The position numbers were made by a program, and so were the translations under genes. Positions 37,446-47,168 of a DNA stretch of 64,000 nt are shown here, one piece after another; position 1 is the stretch's first letter, and the number at the start of each line of letters is the position of its first letter. The stretch comes from Kiritimatiellia bacterium (GTDB taxonomy: Bacteria > Verrucomicrobiota > Kiritimatiellia > RFP12 > UBA1067). The notes under the pieces were generated by a model. It made no database searches. It saw only the letters and a program-made list of their open reading frames with translations, and was not told the DNA's origin. Where the stretch lies: contig JAZSOG010000025.1 of the NCBI GenBank assembly GCA_045536845.1, forward strand, positions 56,889-120,888. Direction: 5' to 3'.

Positions 37446-38834
37446 ATGTTCTCTAAAGAGATGTTTGCCAATCGCATAAATATAGATAATCCTTGGTGGA
37501 ATTCCGGTCATGTGGAGCAGGAATATACCAAGGCTGCGCCGCGGTTTTTCCTCAATAAGTTCTATCACTATCTTACGCTTGATGGTGTACGCAGGGCGAT
37601 TTTGCTTATGGGACCTCGCCGTGTCGGGAAAACTTGGCTTATTCAGCATGCAATTGCCAGATTGCTTGATCGTGAAGGAGTGCCTGCAAAGAATATAGTG
37701 TTTATTCCAATAGATGTTCCAGTGTATCATGGCTGCGAGCTTGAGGAATTGGTCAGGGAGGCGTGCGATATTTCCGGGGCAAGTCCAATACATGACAAGT
37801 TGTATGTTTTCTTTGATGAAATACAGTATAAAAAGGGGTGGGAGACATCGCTGAAGACCTTGACAGATTCCTACCCTAATATACGTTTTGCTGCATCTGG
37901 TTCTGCGGCATCAGTTCTTGCCACTGGGTCGCGCGAAAGCGGAGCAGGACGTTTTACAGATCTAAAGCTCGCGCCGCTCAGCTTTTATGAATATGTCAAG
38001 ATGATTGGCCAGGACGAGCGGTTGTTCGAATCCATGGAGCAGGCGAATCGATGCTTTGTCGAATATATCAATTTTGGCGGCTATCCCGAACTTGTTGCCA
38101 ATCAGGCCATTAGGGAGGATTCAAAGCAATTCATACAGCGCGACATAGTCGACAAGGTGTTGCTTCGTGATTTGCCCAGTCTTTATCACATAGATGATGT
38201 GCGCGATTTGCAGGCATTCTTTTCCTATGTCGCATTCCACTCTGGAACCATTCAGACATACGAAGGTCTCTCGCAGAGTTCCGGGCTGTCGAAGCACACG
38301 ATCATGAATCTGCTTCAATACCTTGAAGAGGCCTTTCTGATAATGCGGCATGACAGGATTGACATCAATGCCTTGACGTTGAAGAGGGCTATGCAGTTCA
38401 AGCTGTACTTGACCAATCCATCGCTCAGAGCCGCCATGTTTCAGCCGGTAAAGTCGGGTGACGAACCATATTTCGGGCATGTTGTGGAAACTGCAATATC
38501 GGCGCAGCTTGGCATTGGCGAAGATCGCTATAATTGGAAGTATGCAAACTGGCGAGCGGGCAAAGGGCAGCGGGAACTAGACTTCGTGCGAATCAATGTC
38601 GGAACGCAGCGCCCTGAGTCCGCCATGGAAATCAAGTGGTCCGATGGTCCGTATGACCACCCGGCGGAGATAAAGGATGCCGTTGCCTTTGCAAGAAACA
38701 ATGGACTTAAGAAGCTCACCGTCACATCGCGTTCTCAGGAGGGGGTCAAACATGTGGACGATGTTGAATTGTCGTTTGTGCCTACAGCTTGCCTTGCTTA
38801 CGACTTAGGCAAGAGGGAGGATGATGCTAAATAA
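37446..38834 (+). CDS. AAA+ ATPase (DUF4143-type), lower GC
   Basis: NPWW, GPRRVGKT, FFDEIQ, GGYPE, ELDFV...MEIK; flanked by AT-rich direct repeats. Confidence 0.88.
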   Translation: MFSKEMFANRINIDNPWWNSGHVEQEYTKAAPRFFLNKFYHYLTLDGVRRAILLMGPRRVGKTWLIQHAIARLLDREGVPAKNIVFIPIDVPVYHGCELEELVREACDISGASPIHDKLYVFFDEIQYKKGWETSLKTLTDSYPNIRFAASGSAASVLATGSRESGAGRFTDLKLAPLSFYEYVKMIGQDERLFESMEQANRCFVEYINFGGYPELVANQAIREDSKQFIQRDIVDKVLLRDLPSLYHIDDVRDLQAFFSYVAFHSGTIQTYEGLSQSSGLSKHTIMNLLQYLEEAFLIMRHDRIDINALTLKRAMQFKLYLTNPSLRAAMFQPVKSGDEPYFGHVVETAISAQLGIGEDRYNWKYANWRAGKGQRELDFVRINVGTQRPESAMEIKWSDGPYDHPAEIKDAVAFARNNGLKKLTVTSRSQEGVKHVDDVELSFVPTACLAYDLGKREDDAK

Positions 38835-38942
38835 GAAACGAGTAAGGCATATTTTTTCTTATTCGGTCTAGTTTTAACGGATAAGCAAACGAACTTTTCT
38901 TATTTGGAAGCGCGGCAGATTTGCCGCGGGCAACTTAAAACA

Positions 38943-38979
38943 CTCTGTGCCTTTGTGCCTCTGTGTCTCTGTGTTAAAA
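38943..38979. repeat. 8-mer tandem repeat (CTCTGTGC/T) ending in GTTAAAA
   Basis: Directly visible; related motif in opposite orientation at 62668-62696. Confidence 0.8.
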
Positions 38980-39070
38980 CTCTCGCAAAGGGTTTACGCA
39001 AAGCGGAGTGGAAATGGTATAATACCAGTAATCGGACGAATGTCCTAAACTCGAAACGAAAGGTGCTAAG

Positions 39071-40084
39071 ATGAAGATTGCTACTCTTGCCGCAGTCGTT
39101 GTGGCTGCGTCGACGGCGTTTGGAGAACTTATTGTCAAGGACGGCGACACGCTTGCGTTCCTTGGCGACTCGATCACGCAGCAGGGCCAGGAAAAGATCG
39201 ACGGATATGTCAACCTCGTCCTTCGCTCGCTCGCCTGCGAGGGCGTGAACGTCAAGCCGGTGAAGGCCGGCATCAGCGGGAACAAGTCCAACGACATGCT
39301 GGGGCGGCTCGATAAGCAGGTGCTTTCCAAGAAGCCGAACGTGATGACTCTCTCGTGCGGAGTCAACGACGTCTGGCACCAGGACTGGAACAAGGGCGTG
39401 CCGCTCGAAGACTACAAGAAGAACATCTCCACGATATTCGACAAGTGCGACGCGGCGGGCTGCAAGGTCGTCGTGCTTACTGCGACAATGTTCGAGAAGC
39501 AGGAGATGGAGAAGTTCAAGCACAACGTGATGATCGCCCCCTATAACGAATGGCTCCGCGAAGAGGCGAAGCGCCGCGGGTATCCTGTCGCGGACCTCAA
39601 CGCCGACATGTGGAAGGCGCATGCGGAGAAGCCCACCGAGAGACTGACGTACGACGGAGTGCACATGGCCCCCGCAGGCAACCGCCTGATGGCCCGCGGC
39701 GTTCTGCGCGCGCTCGGCATGGCGGAGGATCGCGTCGCTTCCTTCGACTGGGAGAACTGGAAGCCGGTCTGGGTGCTCTGCCGCTTCGACCTTAAGCCCG
39801 ACGCCAACAACAAGGCCGAGTACCTTGCGAAGACCAAGGAAGTGCTTGGGGCCGTTCGCGCCGAGCCGGGCTGCTGCGAGTATCGCCTCCTTGGCGACGC
39901 CAAGACGGACTGGGACAAGCCCCAGCGCTTCGGCGACAACACTCTCTGGATGCTCGAGAAGTGGCTTTCGGTTCGGGAACTCCAGGCGCACCTCCAAACG
40001 CCCCACATGAAGAAGTTCGGCCCATCGGTGGCCCCGATGCGCACTTCGTCGTCCTTCCACGTGCTTGAGGACGTCTTGCCCTGA
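39071..40084 (+). CDS. SGNH/GDSL hydrolase fused to C-terminal ABM (quinol monooxygenase-like) domain
   Basis: GDSIT, GISG, GVND, DGVH; then VRAEPGCCEY...LEKW...HLQTPHM. Confidence 0.85.
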   Translation: MKIATLAAVVVAASTAFGELIVKDGDTLAFLGDSITQQGQEKIDGYVNLVLRSLACEGVNVKPVKAGISGNKSNDMLGRLDKQVLSKKPNVMTLSCGVNDVWHQDWNKGVPLEDYKKNISTIFDKCDAAGCKVVVLTATMFEKQEMEKFKHNVMIAPYNEWLREEAKRRGYPVADLNADMWKAHAEKPTERLTYDGVHMAPAGNRLMARGVLRALGMAEDRVASFDWENWKPVWVLCRFDLKPDANNKAEYLAKTKEVLGAVRAEPGCCEYRLLGDAKTDWDKPQRFGDNTLWMLEKWLSVRELQAHLQTPHMKKFGPSVAPMRTSSSFHVLEDVLP

Positions 40085-40112
40085 GTTCTTTGAAAAGCCG
40101 GAGGCCTGCGAC

Positions 40113-40340
40113 ATGAAGGATGTGATTCTAAAACGCGTCGTTGCCATATCTCTGCTCGTCGGTGCCGCGTGTTGCCATGCGGCCGGGCAGTATGAGGACC
40201 GCTGGTTCTACGTTTCCTGCAACCGCACGCATGGATGCACCGGCATCATGTACACGACATGGCGCGACAAGTACAAGCTCCTCGCCCAGTTTGGCGAACT
40301 CGTCCGAAAAGAATCGGCTCCCTCCGTAAAGGTTCAATGA
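40113..40340 (+). pseudogene. Probable internal-deletion remnant of a secreted protein
   Basis: Signal peptide plus RWFYVS joined directly to GIMYTTW..KY, which looks like a hydrolase C-terminus; ATGA overlap with next gene. Confidence 0.45.
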
Positions 40341-42292
40341 AAAGGCCTATTGTCTTTATTGCGTTGACGCTTGCGAGTGCGACGGTTTTCGGCGATGCGC
40401 TGACGCCTGCCGCGCCCGGCGACGTCAAGGTGCTCGGCCGCCCAGGGGAGCTGTTCCAGTCGTCGCTGAACCACCGCGTGTTCTCGGAATACGCGCAGGG
40501 TCCCGTTTACGACGAGGCGGAGAACGCCTTCGCCACGCATTGGGACGATGCGGACGACCATATTGGCTGGCAGGGCGAATACTGGGGCAAGACGATGCTC
40601 TGCTACGCGGGGGCGATACGCTACACGCGAGACGCGAAGCTCGCCGCCTGGTGCGTGAAGAAGGCGCACCATCTCATCGACACCTACCAGCATCCCGACG
40701 GCTACCTCTCGACGTACGCGAACCAGGACCTGCTGCGCGCTAATCCCGATTCGCCCGACTACGAGAAGCACTGGTGCTTCAACATCTGGGGCCAGAAATA
40801 CACGATGTGGGCGCTCGTTGAGCTTTACCGCGCGACGGGCGACAAGAAGTGCCTGAAGGCCGCCGAGAAGATGATGGACCAGCTCATCTCGCAGATGAAG
40901 CGCATGAACGTGACGATCGACAAGACTGGTTCGTGGGCAGGCATCTCGTCGATGTCCATTCTCCGTCCGCTGGTCGAGCTGTACATCGAGGTGCCGAAGC
41001 CGGAGTACAAGGCGCTCGCCGACTACATCGTGAAGGTGACCGACGTGCGCGAAGGGCAGAAGCCGACGGCGAACCTCATCTACGACGCGCTTTCCGACAG
41101 GCCCATCATGTCGTGGTTCTACAAGCCCATGCTTCTCTCGAAAGCATACGAGCTCCAGAACTTCTTCGAGGGAGTCGCGGCCTATCACCGGCTCACGGGC
41201 GATGCGCGCGCGCTCGAGGCGACAAAGGCGTTCTGGGGTCACGTCTTCCGCGAGGAGTTGAACCCGATGCGGTCTGCGAGCTACTTCGACCACTTCCTCT
41301 ATTCGAAGCGCCATGTGAACGGCATGACGGAACTCTGCGACGTCACTCACTGGATTCGCCTCAACCGCGAGCTCTGGAAGCTGACGGGCGAGACGAAGTA
41401 CCTCGACTGCATCGAAGAGGCGTTTTACAACGCGTTTCTCGCGGGGGTCACGCCCGATGGCGCGTGGGGCGCGCACATCATCCGCTCGCACGGCACGCGC
41501 CACGTGACGGCTCCCGCGCAGACCGGCATGACGATGCACCAGTGCTGTCCCGACAACATGCTCCGCACGTTCTACGACTGGGCGGACACGGTAGCAGATG
41601 TCGCGAAGGACGGCGCGTGGGAAGTGAACCTCTACTCTGACGCCGACATCGTTCTCCCGGGAGTCAAGATGGAGCTGCGCGGCGGCTATCCCATTTCCGA
41701 AACCTTCCGCTTGCGCGTTGTCGCGGAGAAGAACGGCAAGCTGCGTCTTCGCGTGCCGTACTGGGCTGACGAGATTGGCGTCGATGGAAAGGCGCTGAAG
41801 CCCGCCGCGGGGAAAGTCGAGCTTGCTGTCGCGGCAGGCGAGCAGACGTTCAACCTCGCCCTCAAGATGCCGCCGCGCGCGATTGATTCCGAGGCGCCGG
41901 ATTTTGAGGACATCGACACGGTGACCAAACTCGACACGGTGCAGGAGGAAGGGTTTACGAAGAGATTCATGTGCTGGTATACGCCGGAGATGAAGGACCT
42001 CGTCCGCAGGACCGCGGCAGCCGAGATCATGCGCGGTCCTCTCGTGCTGGCGAAGGGACGCGTTGCCGGGACTTCGCGCGACGAGACTTTCGAGTTCAAG
42101 ACGATCAACAAGCAGCCCGGTTGGAAGCTCTCGCTCGCGCCGCAGAAGAGGACGGCGAAGAACATCGGCGTCTGGGGTGCGTGGGATCTTACGCTTGAAA
42201 AGGGCGAGGAGAAGAAGACGATACCGGTTGCCGACTTCTGGTCCGTGTCCTGGATGGACGATCCTGAGAACTGGTTCTCTGTTTGGTTCTGA
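40337..42292 (+). CDS. GH127-like beta-L-arabinofuranosidase
   Basis: WQGEYWGK, DGYL, ELCD, HQCC, RGPLVLA; signal peptide from ATG 40337. Confidence 0.8.
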   Translation: MKRPIVFIALTLASATVFGDALTPAAPGDVKVLGRPGELFQSSLNHRVFSEYAQGPVYDEAENAFATHWDDADDHIGWQGEYWGKTMLCYAGAIRYTRDAKLAAWCVKKAHHLIDTYQHPDGYLSTYANQDLLRANPDSPDYEKHWCFNIWGQKYTMWALVELYRATGDKKCLKAAEKMMDQLISQMKRMNVTIDKTGSWAGISSMSILRPLVELYIEVPKPEYKALADYIVKVTDVREGQKPTANLIYDALSDRPIMSWFYKPMLLSKAYELQNFFEGVAAYHRLTGDARALEATKAFWGHVFREELNPMRSASYFDHFLYSKRHVNGMTELCDVTHWIRLNRELWKLTGETKYLDCIEEAFYNAFLAGVTPDGAWGAHIIRSHGTRHVTAPAQTGMTMHQCCPDNMLRTFYDWADTVADVAKDGAWEVNLYSDADIVLPGVKMELRGGYPISETFRLRVVAEKNGKLRLRVPYWADEIGVDGKALKPAAGKVELAVAAGEQTFNLALKMPPRAIDSEAPDFEDIDTVTKLDTVQEEGFTKRFMCWYTPEMKDLVRRTAAAEIMRGPLVLAKGRVAGTSRDETFEFKTINKQPGWKLSLAPQKRTAKNIGVWGAWDLTLEKGEEKKTIPVADFWSVSWMDDPENWFSVWF

Positions 42293-42340
42293 TGGTGTGG
42301 TGCAGCATGAGTTTTTGCAAATTGCAGATGGGAAGGGGAT

Positions 42341-43870
42341 ATGAGCGATTTTTTGCTGTCGCTTAAGAATGTGTCGCTCGCGTTTGGCGGGCCGTGTGTT
42401 TTGGATCGCGTGTCGCTTTCCGTGTCGAAGGGGCTTCGCGCCGCGCTCACGGGGCGCAACGGCGAGGGCAAGTCGACTTTGCTGAAGGTGATCGCAGGAA
42501 AGTTTGAGCCGGATTCCGGCGAGATTGTCCGCGCGCCTGGGCTCAAGACAATATATGTATCGCAGGAAGTTCCGGCAGACCGCCCGAACGATCCTGCGTT
42601 CAATGCGCTTTCAGGCGGCCGTCGCCGCAGGAGCATACTCGAGGCGGCGCTGTTGTCACACCCCGACCTTCTGCTTCTCGACGAGCCGACGAACCATCTC
42701 GACATGGAGACGATCGACTGGCTCGAGGCGATGCTGCGCCGCTCGCGCGACATGGCCGTCGTCGTTGTCACGCACGACAGGCGCTTTCTCAAGCGCGTCG
42801 CGACGAAGATATTCGATCTCGACCGCGGAGAGCTCTCCGGCTGGGAGTGCGACTACCCGACATTCCTCAAGCGCAAGGCCGAGCTCTTGGCTGACGAAGC
42901 GGTCTACTGGGAGCGCAAGTCAAAGAAGCTCGCGCAGGAGGAAGCGTGGATCAGACGCGGCGTAAAGGCGAGGACTACGCGCAACGAAGGGCGAGTCGCC
43001 GCGCTTATGAAGCTGCGCGAGGAATTCGCTGCGCGGCGTGCCGCGGTTGGTTCCGCGACGCTTAAGCTCGATACTGCGGCACCTGGCGGCATGGGTGTTC
43101 TTAAAGTAAAGAACGTTTCCTTTTCCTATCCCGGCTCGAAGAGGCCTGTGATTTCCAATTTCACGGCGACCGTGCTGCGCGGCGAGAGGATTGGCATTCT
43201 CGGCGCGAACGGCGCAGGAAAGACGACGCTTTTAAATTTGCTCACGGGTCGGCTCAAGCCGACGTCTGGCGAGGTTGTGCGCGGCACTAGCGTTGAGCTT
43301 TCGTTCTTCGACCAGCTTCGCAGTGAGATGAAGCCAGAACTTACCGTTGGCGAAAACATTGCTTCCGATCGTGACGAAGTAGTGGTGGGAGGAGTGAGGA
43401 AGCACGTCTATTCATACCTTGCCGATTTCCTCTTTACGCCTGAGCGTGTGCGTACGCCGGTCAAGGCGCTTTCTGGCGGCGAGCGTGCGCGGCTGATGCT
43501 TGCGAAGCTTTTCCTTAAGCCAGCGAATTTGCTAGTGATGGACGAGCCGACAAACGATCTTGATGTCGAGACGCTTGAGCTTTTGGAAGAGCAACTTCTC
43601 GCGTATTCGGGGACGCTGCTTTTGGTGAGTCACGACCGAGAGTTCTTGAACAATGTCGTGACTTCGACTTTCGCGCTTGAGGGCGATGGGACGGTCAAGC
43701 AGTTCCCTGGCGGATATGAAGACTACGAGCGGCAGAGGGCGGCGAAGCCGAAGGTGGATGCGCCGCCTGCGCAGCCGGCAAAGTCGAAGCTCGACATCCG
43801 CGTCCGCGTCAAGCCCCTCGCCGCCGCGAAGAAAAAAGAGTTCACCTGCAATCCCTTTGCAGATCTTTAG
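42341..43870 (+). CDS. ABC-F ATPase (Uup-like, shortened)
   Basis: Two ABC cassettes (GRNGEGKST, DEPTNHLD; GANGAGKT, LSGGE, DEPTNDLD) and WIRRGVKARTTRNEGR linker. Confidence 0.88.
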   Translation: MSDFLLSLKNVSLAFGGPCVLDRVSLSVSKGLRAALTGRNGEGKSTLLKVIAGKFEPDSGEIVRAPGLKTIYVSQEVPADRPNDPAFNALSGGRRRRSILEAALLSHPDLLLLDEPTNHLDMETIDWLEAMLRRSRDMAVVVVTHDRRFLKRVATKIFDLDRGELSGWECDYPTFLKRKAELLADEAVYWERKSKKLAQEEAWIRRGVKARTTRNEGRVAALMKLREEFAARRAAVGSATLKLDTAAPGGMGVLKVKNVSFSYPGSKRPVISNFTATVLRGERIGILGANGAGKTTLLNLLTGRLKPTSGEVVRGTSVELSFFDQLRSEMKPELTVGENIASDRDEVVVGGVRKHVYSYLADFLFTPERVRTPVKALSGGERARLMLAKLFLKPANLLVMDEPTNDLDVETLELLEEQLLAYSGTLLLVSHDREFLNNVVTSTFALEGDGTVKQFPGGYEDYERQRAAKPKVDAPPAQPAKSKLDIRVRVKPLAAAKKKEFTCNPFADL

Positions 43871-43943
43871 ATTCCGCTCCCCAACTCCGGCGCCAGGAAA
43901 GTTTGCGTCGCGCGGCGACGCATGATTTGGTATAATTGTCGCC

Positions 43944-44834
43944 ATGAAAACTTGCATTGTCGCGGCGCTTGCCCTCGTGGCGGCGGGAGCTTTTGCCGAT
44001 ACGCCCAACGCGGCGTACGAAATCTGGCCCAAGGGCAAGATCCCCTTGGCGAAGGAAAACCCCAAACCAGAGGGCGTCGAGCCGATGACGGACGACGTGA
44101 TGCGCATCGCAAACGTCAGCGTGCCGCAGGTCGTCGTGACGCCTGTCATCGGTGCCGAGAAGCCGACCCCCGCGGTCGTCATCTGCCCCGGCGGCGGCTA
44201 TGGCATCCTCGCCTGGAACCACGAAGGCGTCGAAGTCGCGCAGTGGCTCAAGGACCAGGGCGTCGCTGGCGTCATTCTCAAGTACCGCGTTCCCGACCAG
44301 CGCGACGGCGCGCTTGCGGACGCGCAGCGCGCGATACGCTGGGTCAGGGCGAATGCGGCGAAGTTCAACATCGATCCCGGCAAGGTCGGCATAATGGGCT
44401 TTTCCGCTGGCGCGAACCTCACGGTGCGCACTGCGACGAACTCTAAGCGCCCGATCTACGAGAAGGTCGACGAGGTAGACGAGAAGTCGTGCCGCCCGGA
44501 CTTCCAGATGCCGATCTATCCGTGGGACCTCGTGAAGCGGAAAGACAAAAGCGACGTCTGGAAGGGCCACGAAGGGATGGACATCCGGCTTGACGAATAT
44601 CCGGTCGACGCTGACACTCCGCGCGCGTTCATCGTCCAGAGCGAAGACGACTTCTGCCAGATCGAGACATCGCTCGGCTACTACGCCGCGTTAAAGAAAG
44701 CGGGCGTCGGCGCTGAACTCCATGCGTTCGAGAAGGGCGGCCATGGCGGGCACGGCTACGGCATTCGCCGTCTCGGCTTCCCGACAGACGCCTGGCCCGC
44801 TCTCGCAGAAGAGTGGCTTGAGCAGTTCAAGTAA
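43944..44834 (+). CDS. Secreted alpha/beta hydrolase (carbohydrate esterase-like)
   Basis: CPGGGY, GFSAG, GHGYG. Confidence 0.88.
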   Translation: MKTCIVAALALVAAGAFADTPNAAYEIWPKGKIPLAKENPKPEGVEPMTDDVMRIANVSVPQVVVTPVIGAEKPTPAVVICPGGGYGILAWNHEGVEVAQWLKDQGVAGVILKYRVPDQRDGALADAQRAIRWVRANAAKFNIDPGKVGIMGFSAGANLTVRTATNSKRPIYEKVDEVDEKSCRPDFQMPIYPWDLVKRKDKSDVWKGHEGMDIRLDEYPVDADTPRAFIVQSEDDFCQIETSLGYYAALKKAGVGAELHAFEKGGHGGHGYGIRRLGFPTDAWPALAEEWLEQFK

Positions 44835-44854
44835 CTCGCGCTACAGGCGGACTT

Positions 44855-46636
44855 ATGCACCGTCTTCTACTCCCGATCCTTCTCCTCTTCCTTGCCGGCT
44901 GCATGACCGGCGATTTTTGCGGCGGCATCCTTCCTTCGGGCAGGCTGCCGCTCGCTGAAAAATCCAGGCCGCTCGCCGACATTGTCATCGCGCCCGATGC
45001 CGACGAGAATCTCCGCTTTGCCGCCGACGAACTGAAGCTCCACCTCGACAAGATAACTGGCGGAAGCTTCTCGATCGTCTCACGGCCCGCGGAAGGGCGC
45101 AAGTCGCTTCGAATCGCCTACAACCCCAAGCTCGCGAAGCAGGAGCTCGGCATCTCGTTTTCCTCCGACGGCGTCGCCCTTGAAAGCGGCGGCTTTCCGG
45201 AATACGCGGTATGGGATTTCCTGTGGGACTACTGCGGGGTGACCTGGCTCGACCCGACAGACGCCGGTACGCTCATTCCTTCCGCTCCCAATCTCGCCGT
45301 CAAAAGGAAGAGCCGCAGGGACAGACCCTTCGCGAAGGGGCGCAATCCGGGCAACATGTCGGACGGCCGCTCGTTCAGGAGTTCGTACGCGCCCGAGCTT
45401 TGGACGGCTGGCTCGAGCGGTTGGACGAACTATCTCCATGTCGCGTATCCCTCCGCCTTTGCGGGCGGGCGTTCCTTTGCCGAGGCGAAGAAGGAGATCG
45501 ACCGCCGCAAGAACCTGTTCTTGAGGCGCATGAAGGCGGGCGGCGAGCTCGTCTGGGCGTGTCATTCGTTTTACGGGTGGTACGACCGCTTCTGGGACAA
45601 GAAACATCCGAAGTTCGAGGGCTTCAGGCCCGAGTTCTTTGCCAAGGGGTATGAGGGCAAGGATCGGCCTCCGCAGCTTTGCTACTCGAACCCCGAGGTG
45701 ATCAAGCAGACGATTGCCGACGTAAGGGCGTACTTCGACAACGGCGACAAGCTGGGCTACCAATGGGGCAAGGACACCTGCTGCCTCGAGCCGATGGACA
45801 ACAACGACTTCTGCAAGTGCGAGAGGTGCGCGCGCCAGTACCGCATTGATCTCTGGGACAAGACTTCCCACCATTCCGACTACTGGTTCAATTTCGTGAA
45901 CACGGTTGCGAGGGAGATCGCGAAGTCTCATCCCGGCAAGAAGGTGTCGACGCTTGCCTACTTCTCGCACTGCGGCGTTCCGTCCTTCAAGGTCGAGCCG
46001 AACGTGGTTGTCCATTTTTGCTTTACGTGCAATCGCCTGCCGTACACGGGGAAGCGCGATTTGGAGATAAGACAGATCAACGACTGGCGCGCTGAGTATC
46101 CCGACAGGCCTTTCGGGCTTTGGCTCTACAACACCTTCCCCAAGGAGCGGGCCGACCGCGTCACGCACGTCAACTGCTTCCCCGGGTTTTTCGCGTATGT
46201 GCTGAAGAACGAGTATTCGTTTCTCGAGAGGGTGGACTTTTCGGAGAACATCTACAACTGCGGGTTCGTAGACGACTGCGAGAACTTCCTCTCGCTTCGG
46301 TGGATGTGGAATCCGCGTGAGCCGCTTGAGGTGCTCGAGAATATCTACTACTCGTCGTATGGCAAGGCCGCGCCGGCGCTAAGGAAGTTCTACGGCATAG
46401 TCGAGGAGAGGTACTGCAATTCGGCGTACTATCCGCAGGAGTTTCTTGAGAAGCACACCCAGCAGACGGCCGAGATTGCGTGGAAGTATCTTGGCACGCC
46501 TGAGGTCATGCGTGAGCTCACGAAGTTAATGGCCGAGGCGGAGCGCCTTGCCGACACGCCGCTTGCGAAGGCCCGCGTAGCGAATTGGCGCGCAGGCATT
46601 TTTGACTACATGACCGCCGGCGCGGCCGGCAGATAG
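44855..46636 (+). CDS. DUF4838-like lipoprotein
   Basis: Lipobox LAGC; HSFY, PEFFA, QLCYSNPEV, CKCERC, TLAY. Confidence 0.7.
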   Translation: MHRLLLPILLLFLAGCMTGDFCGGILPSGRLPLAEKSRPLADIVIAPDADENLRFAADELKLHLDKITGGSFSIVSRPAEGRKSLRIAYNPKLAKQELGISFSSDGVALESGGFPEYAVWDFLWDYCGVTWLDPTDAGTLIPSAPNLAVKRKSRRDRPFAKGRNPGNMSDGRSFRSSYAPELWTAGSSGWTNYLHVAYPSAFAGGRSFAEAKKEIDRRKNLFLRRMKAGGELVWACHSFYGWYDRFWDKKHPKFEGFRPEFFAKGYEGKDRPPQLCYSNPEVIKQTIADVRAYFDNGDKLGYQWGKDTCCLEPMDNNDFCKCERCARQYRIDLWDKTSHHSDYWFNFVNTVAREIAKSHPGKKVSTLAYFSHCGVPSFKVEPNVVVHFCFTCNRLPYTGKRDLEIRQINDWRAEYPDRPFGLWLYNTFPKERADRVTHVNCFPGFFAYVLKNEYSFLERVDFSENIYNCGFVDDCENFLSLRWMWNPREPLEVLENIYYSSYGKAAPALRKFYGIVEERYCNSAYYPQEFLEKHTQQTAEIAWKYLGTPEVMRELTKLMAEAERLADTPLAKARVANWRAGIFDYMTAGAAGR

Positions 46637-46856
46637 GGGTCAGTAGTCAGGGGTCAGTAGTCAGGGGTCAGTAGTCAGTAGTCAGGGGTCAGTAGTTAGG
46701 GGTCAGTAGTCAGTAGTCAGGGGTCAGTAGTCAGTGTACTGACTCCTGCGTACTGACCCCTGACTCCTGCGCACTGACTCCTGACTCCTGCGCACTGACT
46801 CCTGACTCCTTCGTACTGACTCCTGCGTACTGACCCCTGACTCCTAATCACTAACA
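46635..46856. repeat. Head-to-head heptamer tracts forming ~100 bp imperfect inverted arms
   Basis: AGGGGTC/AGTAGTC units to ~46735, then GACTCCT/GACCCCT/GCGTACT units. Confidence 0.92.
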
Positions 46857-46912
46857 ATCACCCATCGGGCGGAATTTATGATATAATATGCAGATTTCAA
46901 GGAGTCAAAAGG

Positions 46913-47119
46913 ATGGCTAAACTGACATTCAAAGAGGAATTGTGCAAGGGATGCGGGCTTTGCGTGACCGCATGCCCCAAGAAAATTCTCGCAATTTCAA
47001 AGACAAAGCTGAACCACAAGGGTCACGCGCCTGTAGAGCTGACGAAGCCCGAAGAGTGCGTTGGCTGCGCGAGCTGCGCGATGATGTGTCCAGATTGCGT
47101 AATTACTGTAGAGAGGTAG
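46913..47119 (+). CDS. 2x[4Fe-4S] ferredoxin subunit of 2-oxoacid:ferredoxin oxidoreductase
   Basis: Two CxxCxxCxxxCP motifs. Confidence 0.9.
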   Translation: MAKLTFKEELCKGCGLCVTACPKKILAISKTKLNHKGHAPVELTKPEECVGCASCAMMCPDCVITVER

Positions 47120-47168
47120 GAACGGACGGGGCCTCTGGCGACCCCGCACCCCACCTAAGGAATTAAAA

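Noticed and set aside
14608-38834. Prophage or ICE
   Set aside because: No phage structural, conjugation, relaxase or integrase genes recognised.
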